From: Bispira polyomma | Taxonomy: Eukaryota | Assembly: GCA_965649765.1 (NCBI GenBank) | Contig: OZ287758.1 | Span: 21,204,001 to 21,268,000 of the forward strand | DNA length: 64,000 bases | Reading direction: 5' to 3' | Shown here: positions 61,949-64,000 of the stretch, in pieces | Layout: each line of letters begins with the position of its first letter | Position numbering within the stretch: the stretch's first letter is position 1 | Program-made: the position numbers and the translations under genes | The notes under the pieces: generated by a model | Database searches by the model: none | What the model was told of the DNA's origin: nothing | What the model saw: the letters and a program-made list of their open reading frames with translations, nothing else

Positions 61949-62989
61949 GTTCTTTGATCAGAGAAATTCCCTATTAGTATTGTATATACCCTCTCTGTGT
62001 CCACTGAATTCTGTCTATAGCACTTAAGACTGCAGTCCTTTAGATTACTAACTACATACTCCATCTACATGAATGTTACATGTGAAGATAGTCTGTTTGG
62101 CATAGACCCTGAATATCCAAAATTATCGAGTTGTGTTCCTCTATTCTTATTCCATGTATTTGTATAAGACTGAATCTCCCAACTTCCACAAACTAACAAT
62201 ACACCAATGTCTACTTACAAAGGTCAGTAATTTTAACTAAATTATTAAAAAATAAGATTGATCAACAATCATTAACTCATCTAGTTATTGCAACACAATT
62301 CTTCCATTTTAACGAAAGAAGTTTTGCAGAGAATTCTACATCAATGTCTGAACTATCTAGAGCTTATGGCTTAATGAGACAAATGTCTACCCAAATATAT
62401 AGATGTATCCCCTCACACCAGCACTTCAAGTACCATGCAGAAGCAATTGTACTTAATTCTCCCTTTTTTAGTTCTGCAGGCAGAGTAAATCCATTCAGGA
62501 CTATTGATTTTACATAGCATTTATTAATTAATCCCAGTCAAAAACAGTTTGATATTTACATACTTCTGTGATATATAGATTACACTAAAAAAATAACTCC
62601 ACAGACAGAAGTCTTTGTTTTTAGGTCGTCTGATGAAATTAATTATTTTCTAGTGACTACATTCACAGCATAAATTCCAAGATCACTATAAAAAGTGCAC
62701 ACACCCTGAAGCTTTACAGTTTGCCACTAAACTTTGTATCCAATGAAAAAGGAATGGGGTGGTTCGAAAAATCAATGACAACCCCCCACTATTGGTGTTC
62801 CTCCTCTCTCACACTCATCCCTACTTAAAACCTCCCCCAACAGGCTTTTGTTGTTAGCAATTGGCCCAGAGAGCAAGGATTAACGAATGAATAAACAATC
62901 TTTGAAACTCATCGATTTGCTGGACACACGCAGACCCTGCTGGTAAAATTGTTAGATAGTAATTAATCCATGGGTCTGGGACCAGCTAA

Positions 62990-63500
62990 AAACACGTACA
63001 CACCAGTATAGAGTGTTACTTCATACAGCTGTAACAAAAGGAATCTATAGTTCCCCCCAGTTTTGTGTACATGTGCAGGAAAAGCCTGGATTTACAAAAT
63101 TGTTTTTTTTCCCCAGTCACAAAACACACTACACGGGTACCCCAGCCAACATACTGGCAGATTTATGGTGCACTTATTATACTCGACAATCTTATTTTCT
63201 TCTACATCAACATAAAAAACAAGCAATGTTGCATCTGTTACTCGCAAAGTGAAAGTTGTATGTATAAAAATATAAGCTTAGAGTAGTTAACCCGTCATGT
63301 GTAATTAATCCGTCGGTCTGATATCAACTAAAAACACACTGGTATAATTTCACTTGATGCTGCTGTTAAAAAGCAGAATCTATAGTCACCCAGCTTTTTT
63401 CAGATATACAAGGGGAGACTGGATTTAGAGAGATGTTTTGCCCTAGTCACACCCACACAAAGAACACTGTTGCCCCCGGATACTGTACTGACAGTATAAG
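62990..63500 (+). repeat. Two diverged ~170-bp direct repeats about 335 bp apart
   Basis: gaatctatagt..cccag..ctggattta..c(c/t)agtcaca..tactg(g/a)cag at ~63042-63160 and ~63376-63495. Confidence 0.6.
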
Positions 63501-64000
63501 TTAGCCATCTGACAAATAACTGGCTCTGCCAGGCGCCTGCTATAACGATCCATCATCTGCAAATTGTGGAGGTCCAATCAAAATGAAAAGACACCTTTAC
63601 AACTGCAGCACCACTGAGACCTTCTCTTATTAATGTAAAATCTCCTTGGGATCCCTTTTAATATAACATGGTAATATAATGGCCTGGTCTTTGATGATTT
63701 AGAACCCTGGATTAAATTACAGTAAACATGATTAACACTGAAATGGGGTTTAAATAGCCTAGAGAACAGATTTACACACAGAATGCTACACGCAGTGGAG
63801 GTTATCAAGTTATTTCAACAAATTGCAATACAATTTTTTTACTGCCCAGAACATAGTTTCTAAGTAGAGACCTGTATAAATATAAATATAAAGCAAATAT
63901 AAATCGTCATTCATTATCTTTAGTCATGCTTTACACCAGGGGCGTAAGGGCCCAAGAGCTTGTGTTGGTACATTTAGTATGAACCAATCCCAGAAACTAC

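Noticed and set aside
51273-61971. NF-kB-like sites (ggggagttcc at ~51274; gggaatttct on the minus strand at ~61962-61971)
   Set aside because: Single degenerate 10-mers are expected by chance at this length; no clustering
49385-62640. Hammerhead ribozyme cores (ctgatga at ~49385, ~57228, ~62630)
   Set aside because: No flanking stems or properly placed gaaa and cleavage triplet found by eye

Overview
AT-rich animal genomic DNA with spliceosomal GT-AG introns; the repeat families suggest a lophotrochozoan or mollusc-like invertebrate (inference). The first ~36 kb is mostly transposon debris. It holds an inverted segmental duplication (1-2129 / 6631-8065) carrying L2-LINE, zinc-finger and SDR16C pseudogene pieces. 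An intron-containing pogo-type DNA transposon (TIRs 15969 and 28363, TA flanks) hosts a nearly full-length DIRS/Ngaro-type tyrosine-recombinase retrotransposon with split direct repeats and a TTAA-flanked long-TIR MITE. There is also a decayed PIF/Harbinger element and several tRNA-derived SINEs. The only convincing intact host gene is a minus-strand, multi-exon ninjurin-family gene (about 39659-61948). It is atypical: a ~165-aa Cys-rich plus coiled-coil insert replaces the short loop between the two transmembrane helices, the N-terminal amphipathic helix is divergent, and there appear to be several phase-compatible alternative first exons. All assignments come from manual reading and remembered family motifs; no searches were run.
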